A stretch of 64,000 nt of DNA from an uncultured archaeon. GTDB lineage: Archaea > Aenigmatarchaeota > Aenigmatarchaeia > GW2011-AR5. Within the stretch, counting starts at the first letter, position 1, and each line of letters starts with the position of its first letter. The stretch lies in assembly GCA_964599215.1 (NCBI GenBank), contig CAZRDV010000001.1:55615-119614 (forward strand). Direction: 5' to 3'. Below, in pieces: positions 18,854-28,793 of the stretch. Made by a program: the position numbers and the translations under genes. The notes below the pieces were generated by a model. That model saw only the letters and a program-made list of their open reading frames with translations. It was not told the origin of the DNA and did no database searches.

Positions 18854-21505
18854 ATGCACACTAGAGAAGTAGAAAAGAAATGGCAGAAGAGATGGGAGAG
18901 CAAGAATGCATTCAAACTAGGTAAAAAAAAGAAAAAATATTATGTTCTTGAGATGTTTCCTTATCCCAGCGGCAAGCTCCATATGGGGCATGTAAGGAAT
19001 TATGTTATAGGCGATGCTTTTGCCAGGTTCAAGCGAATGCAGGGCTTTAGTGTTCTCTATCCCATGGGCTACGATTCATTCGGCCTGCCTGCAGAGAATG
19101 CAGCAATAAAAAGTGGTATAGACCCAAGGAAGTGGACTGAAAACAACATAAGGCATATGGAAAAACAGCAGAAATCACTTGGCCTTAGCTATGACTGGTC
19201 CAGAAAAATAGCAACATGCCAGCCTGAATATTACAAATGGAACCAGTGGATTTTCTTAAAGTTCATGGAAAAAGGTCTGGTTTACAGGAAAAAGGCATTT
19301 GTCAACTGGTGTCCCAAGTGCAGCACAGTCCTAGCTAATGAACAGGTCCATGACGGCTGCTGCTGGCGATGTTCGTCAGCTGTCCAAGAAAAAGAGCTGG
19401 AGCAATGGTTCCTTAAACTAACAGATTATGCCCAAGAACTCTTAGATGAGCTGAAGAGGCTTGATTATTGGCCTGAGCGCGTAAAGGTAATGCAGGAGAA
19501 CTGGATAGGAAGAAGCGAGGGCGTAGAAGAATACTGGCAAGTAGATGGCATGGATATGAAATTATCCACATTCACGACATGGCCTCATACAACATATGGA
19601 GCAACATTTATGGTTATTGCTCCTGAGCATCCCCTAATAAAAGAGCTTGTTAAGGGAACTGAGTACGAGAAACGTGCGTCTGAGTTCATCAATAAGATTA
19701 AACAACAGAAGCTAAAAGACAGGATTGATCTGGATAAAGAAAAAGAGGGTTTCTTCACTGGCCGTTATGTTATTAATCACCTGACAGGCTGGAAAATGCC
19801 TTTGTATATAGCTAATTTTGCCATCATGGAATACGGCACAGGTATAGTCAAGTGCTGTCCTACGCATGACCAAAGGGATTTTGAGTTTGCCAAGAAGTAC
19901 AAGCTGCCTTTACAGGTAGTAATCCAGCCAAGAGACCGTGAAATCAAGTCTGAGAAGATGAAGGAGGCTTATGTAGGGGATGGTGTAATGGTTAATGCAG
20001 GCGAATTTAACGGGATGAATCAGAATAAGGCAAACAAGGCTATTGCAGATTATATCGTAAAGCAGGGAAACGGCAGGTTTGCAACGTATTACAAGCTAAG
20101 GGACTGGCTGATATCAAGGCAGAGGTACTGGGGAACGCCGATTCCTGTTTTATATTGCGATAAATGCGGCATAGTTCCGGAGAAGAAACTGCCAGTGCTG
20201 TTGCCAAAGGATGTTAAGTTTACAAGCGGCAATCCATTGGAAACCTCTGAAAGCTTTAAGAAAGCCAGGTGCCCGAAGTGCAAAGGAAAGGCAAGAAGGG
20301 AAACAGACACAATGGATACGTTCTTTGACTCGTCGTGGTATTTCCTGAGATACTGCTCTCCTCATTATGATAAGCTTCCGTTTGATAAGACTGCCGCTAG
20401 GTACTGGATGCCTGTTGACCAGTACATAGGCGGCATCGAACATGCATGCATGCATCTAATATATGCAAGATTCTTTACAAAGGCGTTGCGTGACATTGGG
20501 CTGTTAAATATCAACGAGCCTTTCACAAGGCTGCTTTGCCAGGGCATGGTAATTAAGGATGGCTCAAAGATGAGCAAGAGCGTTGGCAATATAGTTACCC
20601 CTGAAGAGGTGAGCAATAAATACAATGTAGATACTGCCAGGGTCTTCATGCTATTCACAGCGCTGCCTGAAAAGGAGCTTGAATGGAGTGATGATGGTGT
20701 CCAAGGCTCTTACAGGTTCCTGAACAGGATCTACAAGCTTGTTGATAACAAAATAAGCCTTAAACCTGCTAAGAAGCTCTCTCTTATCGACGAATTCATG
20801 CTTGGGAATTGCCACAGAACCATAAAAGAAGTTACAGAAAAGATAGAGAGATTCGAATTAAACCTTGCTTTGAGCAGCATCATGGGGCTTGTTGATGAGC
20901 TCTATAAATACAAGAGGCTTGTAAAAAGCCTGGAGAGTAAAAAGGTTTTCGGTGAGTGCGTCAGAAATCTTATACTCCTCTTATCGCCGTTTGCGCCACA
21001 TCTGGCAGAAGAACTCTGGAGCAAGCTTGGTAAGAAGGGATTTGTTTCGCTGGAACAGTGGCCTGATTATGACAAAAGATTTGTTAGCAGTGAGTTGTAC
21101 TTAAAGGAAAAATTACTGGAAACGGTACTAAAAGATGTGGGAGAGATAAAAAAACTTTCTGAAATAAAACCCAAGAGGATTCATATATTCATCGCAGCTC
21201 CATGGAAGCATAAGGCATATGAGCTTGCTAGGCAGTCCAAGGACAAACTAATAGAAAGGGCAATGGAGGTAAAGGAAATAAAGAATAACAGCGAAATGGC
21301 TGTAAAATACCTGAAATACCTGATGAAGGAATTTGAATTTCCCGGCATCCTAAATCATAAGGAGGAACTGAAGATGTTCAAAGATATTAAGAAATTCCTG
21401 GAAAAAAAAACCAGTTGCAGGATAATCGTAACAGATGAGCAGAAGTCTGACAAGCTAAAGGCAAAACAGTCAAAACCAATGAAGCCTGCACTCTATCTTG
21501 AGTGA
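18854..21505 (+). CDS. leuS: Leucine--tRNA ligase, bacterial-type core with archaeal-type C-terminal domain
   Basis: YYVLEMFPYPSGKLHMGH, MQENWIGRSEG, DWLISRQRYWGTPIP, YIGGIEHA.MHL.YARF, KMSKS; C-terminus KPMKPALYLE. Confidence 0.95.
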   Translation: MHTREVEKKWQKRWESKNAFKLGKKKKKYYVLEMFPYPSGKLHMGHVRNYVIGDAFARFKRMQGFSVLYPMGYDSFGLPAENAAIKSGIDPRKWTENNIRHMEKQQKSLGLSYDWSRKIATCQPEYYKWNQWIFLKFMEKGLVYRKKAFVNWCPKCSTVLANEQVHDGCCWRCSSAVQEKELEQWFLKLTDYAQELLDELKRLDYWPERVKVMQENWIGRSEGVEEYWQVDGMDMKLSTFTTWPHTTYGATFMVIAPEHPLIKELVKGTEYEKRASEFINKIKQQKLKDRIDLDKEKEGFFTGRYVINHLTGWKMPLYIANFAIMEYGTGIVKCCPTHDQRDFEFAKKYKLPLQVVIQPRDREIKSEKMKEAYVGDGVMVNAGEFNGMNQNKANKAIADYIVKQGNGRFATYYKLRDWLISRQRYWGTPIPVLYCDKCGIVPEKKLPVLLPKDVKFTSGNPLETSESFKKARCPKCKGKARRETDTMDTFFDSSWYFLRYCSPHYDKLPFDKTAARYWMPVDQYIGGIEHACMHLIYARFFTKALRDIGLLNINEPFTRLLCQGMVIKDGSKMSKSVGNIVTPEEVSNKYNVDTARVFMLFTALPEKELEWSDDGVQGSYRFLNRIYKLVDNKISLKPAKKLSLIDEFMLGNCHRTIKEVTEKIERFELNLALSSIMGLVDELYKYKRLVKSLESKKVFGECVRNLILLLSPFAPHLAEELWSKLGKKGFVSLEQWPDYDKRFVSSELYLKEKLLETVLKDVGEIKKLSEIKPKRIHIFIAAPWKHKAYELARQSKDKLIERAMEVKEIKNNSEMAVKYLKYLMKEFEFPGILNHKEELKMFKDIKKFLEKKTSCRIIVTDEQKSDKLKAKQSKPMKPALYLE

Positions 21506-21795
21506 CTTTTAGGGGGTTTACCTTCCCATGATCCAGAGTATTTATATTCTATAGGTGTATTACCCAAGAGTTCTGATACATCTCTTTTAAGAGAAAATGT
21601 ATTGGGATTTTCAGTTAGAATAAGAATATCACTATTATATTGTTTTTCGTTATTAGGTTGGGAATCACTTGAATCAAAAAAAAGGCCATATCCTCTTCTT
21701 TCCATGTCTTCATAGAAGTTTTTTAGTGTTTTTTTATTTGCTTCTGTGATGGCATAGCTTAGAAGAATCCTCTGGGCAACCAACATACTAATCAA
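21493..21795 (-). CDS. Hypothetical protein
   Basis: 100-codon ORF overlapping the upstream ORF by 4 nt; no motif. Confidence 0.45.
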   Translation of the reverse strand: MISMLVAQRILLSYAITEANKKTLKNFYEDMERRGYGLFFDSSDSQPNNEKQYNSDILILTENPNTFSLKRDVSELLGNTPIEYKYSGSWEGKPPKSHSR

Positions 21796-22079
21796 AACCT
21801 ATCAAGGCTCTTGGCCAATGCCTCTCTCTCGGCATCCTGTTTCTTGACCTTTTCAAACATCGCGTCGAATACGTCATCTATTCTTTTCATTTTGCTCTGC
21901 AGAATAAGGTTTTCTTTTCTCAGCTCAAGAATAGTACACCACAGCTGGGCAATCTTTACATCGTCTGCGTTTCTGTAAGATCCCCTGTGTTTTGCGGTCT
22001 TTCTAAGTATCTCATTCAGCCTTTCTTCGTCTTCTGTTGACATGTACTGCTTCCAGTCTTTTTTCGCGTTGAAAAACAC
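21792..22079 (-). CDS. Hypothetical helical/coiled-coil protein
   Basis: 95 aa, protein-like composition (ADDVKIAQLWCTILEL), SD-like AGGTGG upstream. Confidence 0.7.
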   Translation of the reverse strand: MFFNAKKDWKQYMSTEDEERLNEILRKTAKHRGSYRNADDVKIAQLWCTILELRKENLILQSKMKRIDDVFDAMFEKVKKQDAEREALAKSLDRF

Positions 22080-22209
22080 TCAACCACCTTACCTACTAGT
22101 GAGTGACAAATCTTTAAAAACCTTATGCCTAGGGGAATTTGTAATGCTTATGTAATTGGTTTCCCAATAAACATAAAAAGCTTCAGCAAAAGAATGAGAA
22201 AGTGGTATA

Positions 22210-22848
22210 ATGGAAAAAGGGGATTTTATAAAAATAGATTATATTGGCAGGCTGGAAAACGGCGAGATATTCGACCTGACTGATGAAGAAACAGCAAAAA
22301 AGGAAAAGGTACATAACCCGAAGGTAAAGTACAGGCCTGTTCCTGTGATAGTCGGTGCTGGTTTTGTAATAAAGGGGCTGGAGAAGGCATTGTCAGAGAT
22401 GAAATTAGATGAAAGAAAGACAGTAGAGATAAAGGCGGAAGACGGGTTCGGGATGAGGGATCCCAAGCTGGTCAAGGTCGTGCCAAAGAATGCATTCAAG
22501 GGAGAGTTCGAGCCCAGGCAGGGCCTTGTTGTTGATTTCTCCGGGGTAAAGGGAAGGATCCAGTCCGTAAGCGCTGGCAGGGTCATGGTTGATTTCAACA
22601 ATCCGCTTGCTGGAAAGAATCTGAAATATGAATTAGAGATAAAGGAAAAGATTGAGGATCCGGTAAAACAGTCTGAAGCTATATTTGAATTCTTTGGCAT
22701 AGAGGCTTCTGTTGAGATAGCTAAGGGCGTGGCTGATATAGAGGCAAGAGAAATGCCAGAAGAATTGAAGAAAAAGATCAGCTCTTTTATATTGGATTAC
22801 ATCAAAGGTGTGACTAAGGTAAGATTTATATCAACTTACAAAAAATAA
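22210..22848 (+). CDS. slyD: FKBP-type peptidyl-prolyl isomerase (long archaeal SlyD-like)
   Basis: KGDFIKIDYIG, VIKGLEKAL, GRVMVDFNNPLAGKNL. Confidence 0.93.
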   Translation: MEKGDFIKIDYIGRLENGEIFDLTDEETAKKEKVHNPKVKYRPVPVIVGAGFVIKGLEKALSEMKLDERKTVEIKAEDGFGMRDPKLVKVVPKNAFKGEFEPRQGLVVDFSGVKGRIQSVSAGRVMVDFNNPLAGKNLKYELEIKEKIEDPVKQSEAIFEFFGIEASVEIAKGVADIEAREMPEELKKKISSFILDYIKGVTKVRFISTYKK

Positions 22849-22858
22849 AATTTCTTTT

Positions 22859-22981
22859 TTAGCTCTTCAGAACAACAGGCTTGTAATACCATGTTGTATA
22901 TTTGCACCTTGGACATGCTGTAGGTATCTTGTCCTTCCTTGTTTCCCATACATGCCCGCAGTTAGAACACCTTAGTTTCAT
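22859..22981 (-). CDS. Zinc-ribbon microprotein, 40 aa, divergent from ftsZ (not in ORF track)
   Basis: MKLRCSNCGHVWETRKDKIPTACPRCKYTTWYYKPVVLKS: CxxCGHxW...PxxCPxC. Confidence 0.75.
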   Translation of the reverse strand: MKLRCSNCGHVWETRKDKIPTACPRCKYTTWYYKPVVLKS

Positions 22982-22986
22982 ATTAT

Positions 22987-23064
22987 TACTACTACTATTA
23001 TATATTTAAAGCCGTTTGGTCCAGGAGATATATCATGTCTGCGGCTTTATACTACTACTATTAT
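22987..23064. promoter_or_regulatory. 15-bp direct repeat TACTACTACTATTAT in the ftsZ divergent intergenic region
   Basis: Identical copies at 22987-23001 and 23050-23064, 63 bp apart. Confidence 0.6.
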
Positions 23065-23126
23065 CTAGTAATAAATTAGCTTTAAATATTTTATTGTGAT
23101 AGTCTAGAAATAATCAGGTGTGGTAA

Positions 23127-24206
23127 ATGGGTGTTTTGGAGTCTAAGAAGGTTGGTCATGGTCCTGCAGACGAGGAATTAAGAAAACTGCTTGAATCCAG
23201 AAAAGCCAACATAAAAGTTGTTGGTGCTGGTGGAGCAGGAGGAAACACTGTTTCTAGATTGATGCAGATAGGTATAATTGGGGCAGAATCGATTGCCATA
23301 AACACAGATGCCCAGGATTTGCTTTATACAGATGCTGATGCCAAGGTGCTTATCGGTAAGGAGATTACAGGCGGCCTTGGGGCAGGAGCTGACCCGAAGG
23401 TTGGAGAAGAGGCAGCCAAAGAAAGCAGGAATGATATTAAAAAGATCCTTGAAGGGTCTGACATGCTATTTATTACTTGCGGTCTAGGAGGAGGCACCGG
23501 TACCGGATCCTCATCCATAATAGCTGACATAGCAAAGAAGATGGGAGCCCTAACCGTAGGTGTTGTTACTCTGCCGTTCACCATGGAGGGAAAGCAGAGG
23601 ATGGACAACGCCAAGGCTGGTTTAGAAAAATTAGAAAACATAGTTGACACCCTGATAATAATACCAAACGACAAATTGTTAGAAATAGTGCCGGATGTTT
23701 CATTGTCAACAGCCTTCAAGGTTGCAGATGAGATACTGGTGAATTCTGTCAAGGGTATAACAGAACTTGTAACAAGGCCTGGTTTGGTTAACCTGGACTT
23801 TGCTGACATAAGAGCAGTGATGGACGGCGGTGGCCTGGCAATGATAGGCATGGGAGACTCTGACGGAGAGAACAGGGCTGTAGAAGCAGTTGAAAGGGCT
23901 TTGAATAATCCGCTGCTTGATGTAGATGTAAACGATGCAAAGGGCGCACTGATCAATGTCTCTGGTGGCGTAGATGTAACCATAAAGGAATGCCAGGAGA
24001 TTGTCGAGGCAGTTGCTGCAAGGCTTAATACTGATGCAAAAATAATATGGGGGGCCCAGATAATCAAGGAACTCGGTGACTCCATAAGAACAATGCTTAT
24101 AATAACAGGTGTTAATTCTCCACAGATATTCGGGCCTGAGAAGACATTCTCCAAGGAGAGGAAGAAAGAAATAGAGAAGGTCCTTGGTATAGACTTCGTC
24201 GAGTGA
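23127..24206 (+). CDS. ftsZ: Cell division protein FtsZ (FtsZ1 context)
   Basis: GAGGAGGN, GGGTGTG tubulin signature, NLDFADI; followed by secE-spt5. Confidence 0.98.
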   Translation: MGVLESKKVGHGPADEELRKLLESRKANIKVVGAGGAGGNTVSRLMQIGIIGAESIAINTDAQDLLYTDADAKVLIGKEITGGLGAGADPKVGEEAAKESRNDIKKILEGSDMLFITCGLGGGTGTGSSSIIADIAKKMGALTVGVVTLPFTMEGKQRMDNAKAGLEKLENIVDTLIIIPNDKLLEIVPDVSLSTAFKVADEILVNSVKGITELVTRPGLVNLDFADIRAVMDGGGLAMIGMGDSDGENRAVEAVERALNNPLLDVDVNDAKGALINVSGGVDVTIKECQEIVEAVAARLNTDAKIIWGAQIIKELGDSIRTMLIITGVNSPQIFGPEKTFSKERKKEIEKVLGIDFVE

Positions 24207-24262
24207 ATACAGCGTTAAAACTGAAATCTAATTATTTAAATACGTTGTTTCTAATTATTCTC

Positions 24263-24433
24263 ATGGCCTTGAGAAATCTTATTGAGAGAATAAAAAGGGT
24301 TTTACTTGTCTCAACTAAGCCGGACAGGGAAGAATTCAAGCAGAGCGTAAAGATAACAGGCATGGGTATATTGATAATAGGGACAGTAGGCTTTGTGATA
24401 TTCATACTGATACAGCTGCTTGGTGGTCTGTGA
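24263..24433 (+). CDS. secE: Protein translocase SecE/Sec61-gamma
   Basis: RVLLVSTKPDREEF...KITGMGILIIGTVGFVI. Confidence 0.93.
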   Translation: MALRNLIERIKRVLLVSTKPDREEFKQSVKITGMGILIIGTVGFVIFILIQLLGGL

Positions 24434-24870
24434 TGATTGCGACCATAAGAACCACAACCGGAAGAGAAAACGTTGTCATAGAGAGCATAATAGCCAGGAT
24501 AAAGACAAGGAAGCTTCCCATAAAGTCTTTATTCCATCCTGAAGAGTTTCGCGGTTACGTATTCATAGAAGGGGATATAAACGATATAGAGGCCACCATC
24601 AAGGGAATACCACATATAAGAGGCCTTATAAACAAGGATGTTTCCTTATCAGAGCTTGAGAGATTCCTAATAGAAGAAAAGAGGGAAGTGAAGGTAGAAG
24701 TTGGTGACATTATTGAGGTCATAGGAGGCCCGTTCAAGGGAGAGAAGGGCAAGATTACCAGGGTGGACAACACCAAAAACGAGGTTGTGGTAGAATTCCT
24801 TGAAGCTGCCATACCCATACCGGTTACAATCTCAATAAATTCTGTTAGGATATACGAAAAGAAGAAATAA
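24430..24870 (+). CDS. spt5: Transcription elongation factor Spt5/NusG
   Basis: TTGRE, RGYVFIE, KOW motif GDIIEVIGGPFKGEKGKI. Confidence 0.95.
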   Translation: MMIATIRTTTGRENVVIESIIARIKTRKLPIKSLFHPEEFRGYVFIEGDINDIEATIKGIPHIRGLINKDVSLSELERFLIEEKREVKVEVGDIIEVIGGPFKGEKGKITRVDNTKNEVVVEFLEAAIPIPVTISINSVRIYEKKK

Positions 24871-24903
24871 TTAGAAATTAATAGTTTGTTTCTAAGTAAG
24901 ATT

Positions 24904-25809
24904 ATGCAGGACCTGATTGAGAAAATAATGGAATCCAGCAACCTGGAAAAAAGCAAGATAGAAGAAAAAATCGAGGAAAAGAAGAAAGAACTGCCGGATA
25001 TATCTGAAGAGGGTATAGTAAGGCTGGTTGCCAAGGAGCTGGGAGTTGACCTCCTAAGGCCTGAACCAAAAGAACTCAAGATTAAGAATATAGTTCCTAA
25101 TATGAGGAACATAACATTCATCGCAAAGGTTACAGGCACCCAGCCTGTAAGAGAGTTTAATTCCGGAGGCAATACCGGTCGGGTTCAGAACATTATCCTT
25201 GAGGATGAAACTGGAAAAATACGGCTGTCGCTCTGGAATGAAGAGGTAGACAAATTCAAACTAAACCCTGGTGATGTTATAAAGATTGAAAACAGCAGAA
25301 CAAAAAAAGATAATCTTGGGAACTCGGAAGCTAGAATAAGCTACAGCGGAAATATAGTAAAATCCGATGCAACCATAGAGCTGAAACCAGCAAAGGATTC
25401 TTTTATCGGCCTGGAAGAAGGTGATGATGTTCTTCTAGATGCTACTGTTATCCATATATTTGAAAGACCCATGGTTTATTATTTCTGCCCTATGTGCAGG
25501 TCAAGGGTAATTAATAACACCTGCTCTCTGCACGGAAACGTTGAGCCTAACAAGATATTGATAATGTCAGGCATCCTTGATGATGGGAACACTACAATGA
25601 ACGCGGTATTTTTCGGGGATAGTGCAAAGAGCCTCGCAGGGAAAGATGTAGAAGAAGTAGAAGAAGAGCTAAAGATCAAGCCTGTAGAAAGTTTTATAAA
25701 GGATCTTGACATATTAACAAAGAAATTTAAGATAGACGGGACTACACGAATAAACCAATTAAGCAATGACCTGGAAATAAGGATAAAAAAGATTGAAAGG
25801 AGTGGATGA
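24904..25809 (+). CDS. RPA-like OB-fold/Zn-finger ssDNA-binding protein
   Basis: DETGKIRLSLWN OB motif, CPMC...CSLHG Zn finger, ILDDG; paralogous to 46994-47947. Confidence 0.85.
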   Translation: MQDLIEKIMESSNLEKSKIEEKIEEKKKELPDISEEGIVRLVAKELGVDLLRPEPKELKIKNIVPNMRNITFIAKVTGTQPVREFNSGGNTGRVQNIILEDETGKIRLSLWNEEVDKFKLNPGDVIKIENSRTKKDNLGNSEARISYSGNIVKSDATIELKPAKDSFIGLEEGDDVLLDATVIHIFERPMVYYFCPMCRSRVINNTCSLHGNVEPNKILIMSGILDDGNTTMNAVFFGDSAKSLAGKDVEEVEEELKIKPVESFIKDLDILTKKFKIDGTTRINQLSNDLEIRIKKIERSG

Positions 25810-25810
25810 T

Positions 25811-26284
25811 ATGGCAAAGGAAACTGTTGAAGCCCTTGTTACTGGTGGCAAAGCAAGCGCTGCTCCTCCTCTTGGGCCTGCTCTTGGTCCGTTGGGCGTT
25901 AACATAGGCGACGTAATCAATAAAATAAACGAGAAGACCAAGGCATTCAATGGCATGGAGGTTCCTGTCAAGGTCATAGTTGACAGCGAGACAAAGAAAT
26001 TCACAATTGTAGTAGGCACACCGCCTGTTACCTCAATGCTGAAGAGCGAGATGAAGGTAAAAAAGCTTGCAAAGATAACAGAAGAGGGTAAAGAATTGCC
26101 GGGTGACCTGCCTCTGGATAAGGTCATCAGCATAGCAAAGGCAAAAGACTCGCTAAGTGGCGACATGAAGGCCAAGGTAAAGCAGGTCTTGGGTACGTGC
26201 CTAAGCTCCGGCGTTACTGTAGACGGCAAGAACCCGAAGGACGTTCAAAAAGAGATAGACGAAGGAAAAATCAAGATAGAATAG
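25811..26284 (+). CDS. rpl11: 50S ribosomal protein L11 (uL11)
   Basis: GGKASAAPPLGPALGPLGVN, GTCLSSGVTVDGK. Confidence 0.97.
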   Translation: MAKETVEALVTGGKASAAPPLGPALGPLGVNIGDVINKINEKTKAFNGMEVPVKVIVDSETKKFTIVVGTPPVTSMLKSEMKVKKLAKITEEGKELPGDLPLDKVISIAKAKDSLSGDMKAKVKQVLGTCLSSGVTVDGKNPKDVQKEIDEGKIKIE

Positions 26285-26341
26285 TCTCTTTTTGGCAACC
26301 TTTAAGAACTTTTCGGTGCTTTATAACTGCTTAGTGGTAAT

Positions 26342-26797
26342 ATGTTTTTAAACAAGGCCCTGCCTATACTGTATATAATCGTATTAGGCATGATTCTGAT
26401 AGAATTATTGGAATTCTGGGGGCTTGCTGTAATACTCATGCTTTTTTTGATAATAACCCTTGTTCAGAAGATCTATGTAGAAACCAAGGTACGTGATACA
26501 GAAAAGACAAGAAAGAACATGATTGACCTGGTAACAGAGAAACTGGACATCTTCTCTAACCGTATCGGGGATATAGGTTACAACCTTGATAAGCACGTGT
26601 ATGCACTGGAAAACAGGATAAATGAGGTCAGGCATTCGTATGAAGTAGAGATGGATAGTAATTACAGGGAGCTTGCAAAAAAAATATTCGACATAGAAAA
26701 CAGGCTAAACGAGGTCAAGAAGACGCTTGGTGCAGCTTTTGGTTCTCTGGATGAGAGGGTAAGGAAGTTCGAAAAGGAAGAAGAGTGGAGTGGCTAA
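26342..26797 (+). CDS. Hypothetical membrane protein (two TMs plus coiled coil)
   Basis: Hydrophobic N-terminus followed by a heptad-rich region. Confidence 0.7.
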   Translation: MFLNKALPILYIIVLGMILIELLEFWGLAVILMLFLIITLVQKIYVETKVRDTEKTRKNMIDLVTEKLDIFSNRIGDIGYNLDKHVYALENRINEVRHSYEVEMDSNYRELAKKIFDIENRLNEVKKTLGAAFGSLDERVRKFEKEEEWSG

Positions 26798-27199
26798 GTG
26801 ATTTTAATGATGCAGAGATACAGTAATTCTCTTGGAAGGGCCAAAGCTGAATCGATGCGAATCTATTCTGATTTGGCTGAAAAGGCTAGAGATCAATTGA
26901 TAGAGGATATAAGAAACGCTATAAGAGGCTTGTCTTATAACGGGCAACTAGAAATAGAAACCATCTGGGAAGGGTCCCTAAAAACAAGTAAATATTACAT
27001 TGAGGGTAATAAAATATTCAGACAGGACGAATTATATGAAAAATCTAAGCCAAAAAGATGGAGTGACCCGGTAGAGATAAGTGCTGAAGATATACCTCTA
27101 GAGAAAATTGATATGAGGAGAGTTCCGCACGACCTTATAAAATTGGGGTATAAAATAGAAACGGCACAAAAGGAGCAACCAAAAATTGATGCGAAATAA
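26798..27199 (+). CDS. Hypothetical protein
   Basis: 133-codon ORF abutting the previous gene; no motif. Confidence 0.55.
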   Translation: MILMMQRYSNSLGRAKAESMRIYSDLAEKARDQLIEDIRNAIRGLSYNGQLEIETIWEGSLKTSKYYIEGNKIFRQDELYEKSKPKRWSDPVEISAEDIPLEKIDMRRVPHDLIKLGYKIETAQKEQPKIDAK

Positions 27200-27233
27200 T
27201 CTTTTTATACTTTTCACTGTTAATTAGTTAGAT

Positions 27234-27269
27234 ACCCGCTTACTGCGATAAATTCTATAGCAGGAGGGT
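27234..27269 (+). promoter_or_regulatory. Putative L1-binding autoregulatory mRNA structure overlapping the rpl1 SD
   Basis: ACC-CGCTTA-CTGC ... GCAG-GAG-GGT forms two helices around an asymmetric GAG/CGC..A loop. Confidence 0.55.
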
Positions 27270-27274
27270 CTTTT

Positions 27275-27877
27275 ATGGAAACAAAAGGAATTGATGAAGC
27301 TATCAGTGAGATTAGCCAACAGAAGAGAAAATTTGTCCAGGGCTTTGACTTGATTATAAACTTAAAGAGCATTGATCTGAAGAAGCCGGAAAACAAGTTT
27401 TCAAAGAACATGGTACTGCCTCACGGCCGTGGTAAAGATATAGAAGTTGCTGTAATATCTGATTCTATTCCAGGTGCTCTTACCAAAAGTGATATAGAAG
27501 GGCTTGGGAAGGACAAGGCAAAGGTAAAGGATGTTATTAGAAAATATGAGTTCTTCCTGTGCGAGGCACCGCTCATGCCACTTGTTGGTAAGGTTCTAGG
27601 GCGTTATCTAGGCCCGAAGAATAAAATGCCTGTTATACTGCCTCCTGGTGCAGACGCTGATAAAATGACCGGAGAGCTAAAAAAATCAGTCAGGATAGGT
27701 ATACGGGATTCCCCGACTATTCATGTTTTTGTTGGCAGGGAGGATATGGATCCTGCTCATGTAAAGGAAAATATAGAAAAGGTTATTGGAGAGGTGAAAA
27801 AATCATTGCCAGCCAAGGTACAGATAAAGAATATCTATCTAAAGCTGACAATGAGCAAGCCTGTAAAAATCGGGTGA
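27275..27877 (+). CDS. rpl1: 50S ribosomal protein L1 (uL1)
   Basis: RKFVQGFDLIINLKSID, LMPLVGKVLGRYLGPKNKMP, KLTMSKPV. Confidence 0.96.
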   Translation: METKGIDEAISEISQQKRKFVQGFDLIINLKSIDLKKPENKFSKNMVLPHGRGKDIEVAVISDSIPGALTKSDIEGLGKDKAKVKDVIRKYEFFLCEAPLMPLVGKVLGRYLGPKNKMPVILPPGADADKMTGELKKSVRIGIRDSPTIHVFVGREDMDPAHVKENIEKVIGEVKKSLPAKVQIKNIYLKLTMSKPVKIG

Positions 27878-27881
27878 TAGC

Positions 27882-28793
27882 ATGCTGAGAGATGAAAAAC
27901 CAAAGCTTGTTGAGGAACTTAAAGGACTTATCAATACTTATTCGGTTGTAGGGCTCCTGAACATGCACTCGATGCCTGCAAAGCAGCTGCAACAGATAAA
28001 AACTGATCTGAAGGGCGTAGCAACAATAAAGATGAGCAAGAAGAACCTGATAAAAAAGGCGTTAGAAGGTTCGGAGAAGAACGTAAAGACACTAGAGGAA
28101 AAGATAGTTGGAGAGCCTGCAATGATATTTTCAAATGAAGACCCGTTCCGTCTTTTTAAGATACTGAAAGAAAACAGATCAAGCGCCCCTGCCAGGCTAG
28201 GTGATATAGCTCCTCATGATATAATTATTCCCAAGGGCTCTACTGGCCTGCCTCCTGGTCCGGCTATATCGACACTGCAGAAAATTGGTCTGAAAACCAC
28301 TGTTGATAAGGGAAAGATAGCAGTAGCTGCTGACAAGGTTGTTGTTAAAGCAGGTGAGGCAGTAAAGGAGGATGCTGTAAACGCACTAAATCTTTTGAAA
28401 ATAGAGCCTATGGAAATAGGCCTAGACCTTGTTTCTGCATGGCAGGATGAAAAGATATATGATAAGGGTGTACTGGATATAGATGCTGATGAATTTCTCA
28501 ATAACCTCAGCCTTGCTGTTCATCAGATGATAAATATTTCGTTGAATACAGGCTACCTTGTGCCTGAAACAGCAAAGATGGCTCTGCAGAAGGCATTCAT
28601 AGAGGCAAAGGAATTAGCGCTAACTGCAAACATACTTGATAAAGATATCATAGGTGAACTGTTATTAAAGGCGATTTCAGAGGCCAAAGCATTAGATGCT
28701 TTAGTGCCCGAAACTAAGGAGGAAAGGCCTGAAGAAGAAAAGCCCAAGGGGGGAGAAAATAATAGTTCCGATAAAAAAGAGGTGGAAAAATGA
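27882..28793 (+). CDS. rpl10: 50S ribosomal protein L10 (P0/uL10)
   Basis: [32 protein letters not shown]. Confidence 0.95.
   Translation: MLRDEKPKLVEELKGLINTYSVVGLLNMHSMPAKQLQQIKTDLKGVATIKMSKKNLIKKALEGSEKNVKTLEEKIVGEPAMIFSNEDPFRLFKILKENRSSAPARLGDIAPHDIIIPKGSTGLPPGPAISTLQKIGLKTTVDKGKIAVAADKVVVKAGEAVKEDAVNALNLLKIEPMEIGLDLVSAWQDEKIYDKGVLDIDADEFLNNLSLAVHQMINISLNTGYLVPETAKMALQKAFIEAKELALTANILDKDIIGELLLKAISEAKALDALVPETKEERPEEEKPKGGENNSSDKKEVEK

Noticed and set aside
23324..24154. Long antisense ORFs (276 aa here; also 17453-18100, 37634-38422, 43891-44496, 62585-63187)
   Set aside because: Shadow frames of well-identified genes, with Ser/Phe/Ile-rich composition and no motifs.
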